A stretch of DNA of 64,000 nucleotides from Gonapodya sp. JEL0774 (Eukaryota), in the NCBI GenBank assembly GCA_027604505.1, contig JADIIX010000003.1, positions 248,001 through 312,000 of the forward strand, in the 5' to 3' direction. How positions within the stretch are numbered: the first letter of the stretch is position 1; each line of letters begins with the position of its first letter. Under the pieces are notes generated by a model. That model was given only the letters and a program-made list of their open reading frames with translations, had not been told where the DNA came from and did no database searches. Position numbers and translations under genes: made by a program. Below, piece by piece: positions 61,530 to 64,000 of this stretch.

Positions 61530-62878
61530 ATGACAATCGAAGATCCCAAAGACAAACCACTCGTTGCAGAGTAAGTGCATCCACACGTATATCCGCAGAC
61601 CGGTCTGTTCTGAGAATCGGGATTGGGTTTGCGCTACACACCTTGCGATTCCAGCTCCTGCTGTGGGTCGACCTACGCCAAGCCCGTGCTCGTTCCAGCC
61701 AACTTTGTAAGCGCGATAGCGTTCTAAAGTTTTGCGCGGTGCGTATCTCTCACTCCAAACTTGTTTCTTGCCAGTTTACCCCGCGAGGCAAATCGGGGAC
61801 ACTCGGTGATCTCCCATATTATCTCGTGGAACCACAAGGTGGGCCTAAGACAAACAAAGAGGCCATAATTGTTATTTATGATATTGTTGTGAGTGACCCC
61901 ACTCAGCATCACATGGCGTCACGGCGTCGTGGGGATAAAGTTACCCGATAATGAAGTTGCTTTGTTTGTCTACATAACAGGGAACTGGCCACCCTAACAA
62001 CAAGCAGGCATGCGACTACTTAGCGGATCATACTGGTTTGGTGGCCATTCAACCGGATGTGTTCCGTGGGCGTGTCCCTGTGGCAGAGTTCATGGCTGGT
62101 TGGTTCTGACGTTCTGACTCTCTCGCAAACATGTTCTGTGAGTTCTCAAATTCCGGTTCTTCCCCATCTGAATCACAGATCCACCCGAGCCCGGCACCCC
62201 GGACGCTGAACTCACGGGATTGGGTCTGAGCAAGCGAGTCATGAATCGCATTGTGGATTTCGCCAAGAACGGCGACGGCTCGTACGCCAAGGTTGTGAAG
62301 AAGGATCTTCTCAACACTATCACATTTTTGAAAGACACCTTGGGCGTGGAGAAGGTTGGTATGGTTGGGTTCTGCTACGGAGGGTGAGTGCATGTAGATG
62401 ATGTCCGGCGATGTTCATGGCACAAATTGAACACATACTCCCGATAACTTCTGCTCTTGAAGAGAAATTATTATGCAAGCTGCGCAGGATGACGATGTTG
62501 TCAGCACCGTGAAAGCAGTGGCCGGAGTTCATCCTGCTTTCATCACAATTCGAGATGGCGAAAACGTCAAGATTCCCGTCGCTTTGCTGCCTGGAAACAA
62601 TGTAGGAGAAACTTCCCGCCTGATATCTATGTTGCGTCTCGTGATCCACATTTCATTTGATTGTTTCGCAGGATCCGGACTTCTCGGACGTCGAAAAGGC
62701 CTTACTCGCAAACCCGAACATCCCGGAGCCCAAGTCAAAAAGTGTCCTTCACCACAGATATGAAGAGGTGGCGCACGGCTTTTGCACGGCGAGGGGGGAC
62801 TTCACGGACGAGGTTGTGAAGAAGAACGCGCTCGATTGCTTCCACAGAGTGGCGGAGTTCTTGGCGGCAAACATCTGA
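61530..62878 (+). CDS. Dienelactone hydrolase family protein (Aim2-like)
   Basis: N-terminal CC, AIIVIYDI, QPDVFRG, nucleophile GMVGFCYG, AGVHPA and HGFCTARGD. Confidence 0.88.
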
Positions 62879-63210
62879 GACGCAAATAGGAGTATTACAG
62901 ATATATAATTTGACATGCTTTTTGAAGTTCTGCTTCACCAATGTGTAACAAAACAACAAATGGGGGATATTCACCTTCCCTTCCAAATAGAAGTAGCTTA
63001 TCAGCAAGCTGAATTGTCTTGGAGGGTAGTTGGGACTCAAGGAACACAGTGTGCTCGGCGTCCATCGTGCTTACAGATTTGGAAGAATATTTGCTTTGTC
63101 CTTTTTTCTCTTTGACCCTCCTGCCTGTGGCGAATCTTGCATTCAAAAGGCGAACACCTATGCGGCCACTTTCAGATCTTTTACTTGTTCATCGTCCGAA
63201 GCCAGAAAAC

Positions 63211-63891
63211 ATGTCCCGCTCCGTCCTCGCTGCCCTCGTCTTTTCTGCTCTCGCTGCCTTCGTTTCCGCTGCGGACCCTATCGCTTTCAACAGCACTGTC
63301 GACGGGTTTGCCACGACCTCGATCACTGCCCTCGGAAGTGGCATCACCACCCTCACAACTGCGGGGACCTCTGGCGCACGGATATACTACACAAAGCTGA
63401 CGACGGACACCTCGGCGACTGTTGGGCTGTGCAATGTGTACCTTACCAATGCCGAGTTCGGCACAAAGACACAACTGTTGGCTGATTTCGACACCATTAA
63501 GCAGGAATGCTCTTGCTACTGGGTCGACGCCAACGACTTGATGACGATGTACCCAACCCTCCAATCCTCGTACCAGTACACCCTCACTTTCACCAACCTC
63601 CAAGGGAAGTACAACATCACCAGCCCGCCATTTGGCATCCAATTCTCCGCAGCACCCGGCGTCACCTCCAGTGCGGCTGCTGCAGTTGAGACGAGCTCAG
63701 CGCCTGCTACATCATCCGTGGCACCTAGAACAACGTCCGCGGCCCTAGTGACCACCTCGACCGCTCCTTCCTTGGTCCTCCCCGGTGCGGTCGCCACCAC
63801 CACCGCAAAGGCAGGCGGTGCAGCATCTCGTCTTGGTTCGCTAGCTGCTGGCGTTGCGGTCTCGTTTGGGGCTGCCGTGATTCTTCTGTAA
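63211..63891 (+). CDS. Secreted Ser/Thr/Ala-rich GPI-anchored cell-surface protein (Kre9/Knh1-N-like beta domain)
   Basis: Signal MSRSVLAALVFSALAAFVSA, globular domain ending YQYTLTF...SPPFGI, S/T/A stalk, and a C-terminal GGA omega region with a hydrophobic tail. Confidence 0.8.
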   Translation: MSRSVLAALVFSALAAFVSAADPIAFNSTVDGFATTSITALGSGITTLTTAGTSGARIYYTKLTTDTSATVGLCNVYLTNAEFGTKTQLLADFDTIKQECSCYWVDANDLMTMYPTLQSSYQYTLTFTNLQGKYNITSPPFGIQFSAAPGVTSSAAAAVETSSAPATSSVAPRTTSAALVTTSTAPSLVLPGAVATTTAKAGGAASRLGSLAAGVAVSFGAAVILL

Positions 63892-64000
63892 CATTTATCC
63901 CCGGTGAATACTGGCCCCTGATGTCACAATGACGCACTCGGAATCAAAGTTCTCACATCACCATCAATTCTTACCTCCCGCAGCGCACATTGTGAGCATG

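Noticed and set aside
1..64000. Fragmented ORFs as pseudogenes, frameshifting or an alternative genetic code
   Set aside because: The breaks I checked coincide with canonical GT...AG introns that restore the reading frame.

Overview
This is a gene-dense eukaryotic window, not a prokaryotic one. Genes are broken by many short GT-AG introns (mostly about 60-90 nt), which is why the ORF track is fragmented. Gene content suggests an early-diverging, probably zoosporic (chytrid-grade) fungus (inference). I reconstructed about 22 protein-coding genes by manual splicing, so boundaries are approximate. In order they are: an Sfp1-like factor (partial), 3-hydroxyisobutyrate dehydrogenase, a Mug135-like protein, an F-box protein, a QDE-1-type RNA-dependent RNA polymerase with a ~540-aa disordered N-terminal exon, a DHA2 MFS transporter, a cPLA2-like phospholipase, a copine, a DAO-family oxidoreductase, two outward-facing paralogous TmcB-like membrane/TPR genes flanking an importin-alpha-like ARM gene, an Erv25/p24, a second Sfp1/JAZF1-like zinc-finger gene with a 7-nt microexon, a 7TM protein, a RhoGEF, an F-box/LRR/Cys-rich protein, a RasGEF, a PA-TM-RING E3 ligase, a TMX-like thioredoxin, a dienelactone hydrolase and a GPI-anchored protein. 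The most notable item is the TmcB-like pair: it appears to lack a PAS domain, shows reciprocal intron presence/absence and carries a locally homogenised tract. I found no supportable CRISPR array, transposon, rRNA or tRNA.
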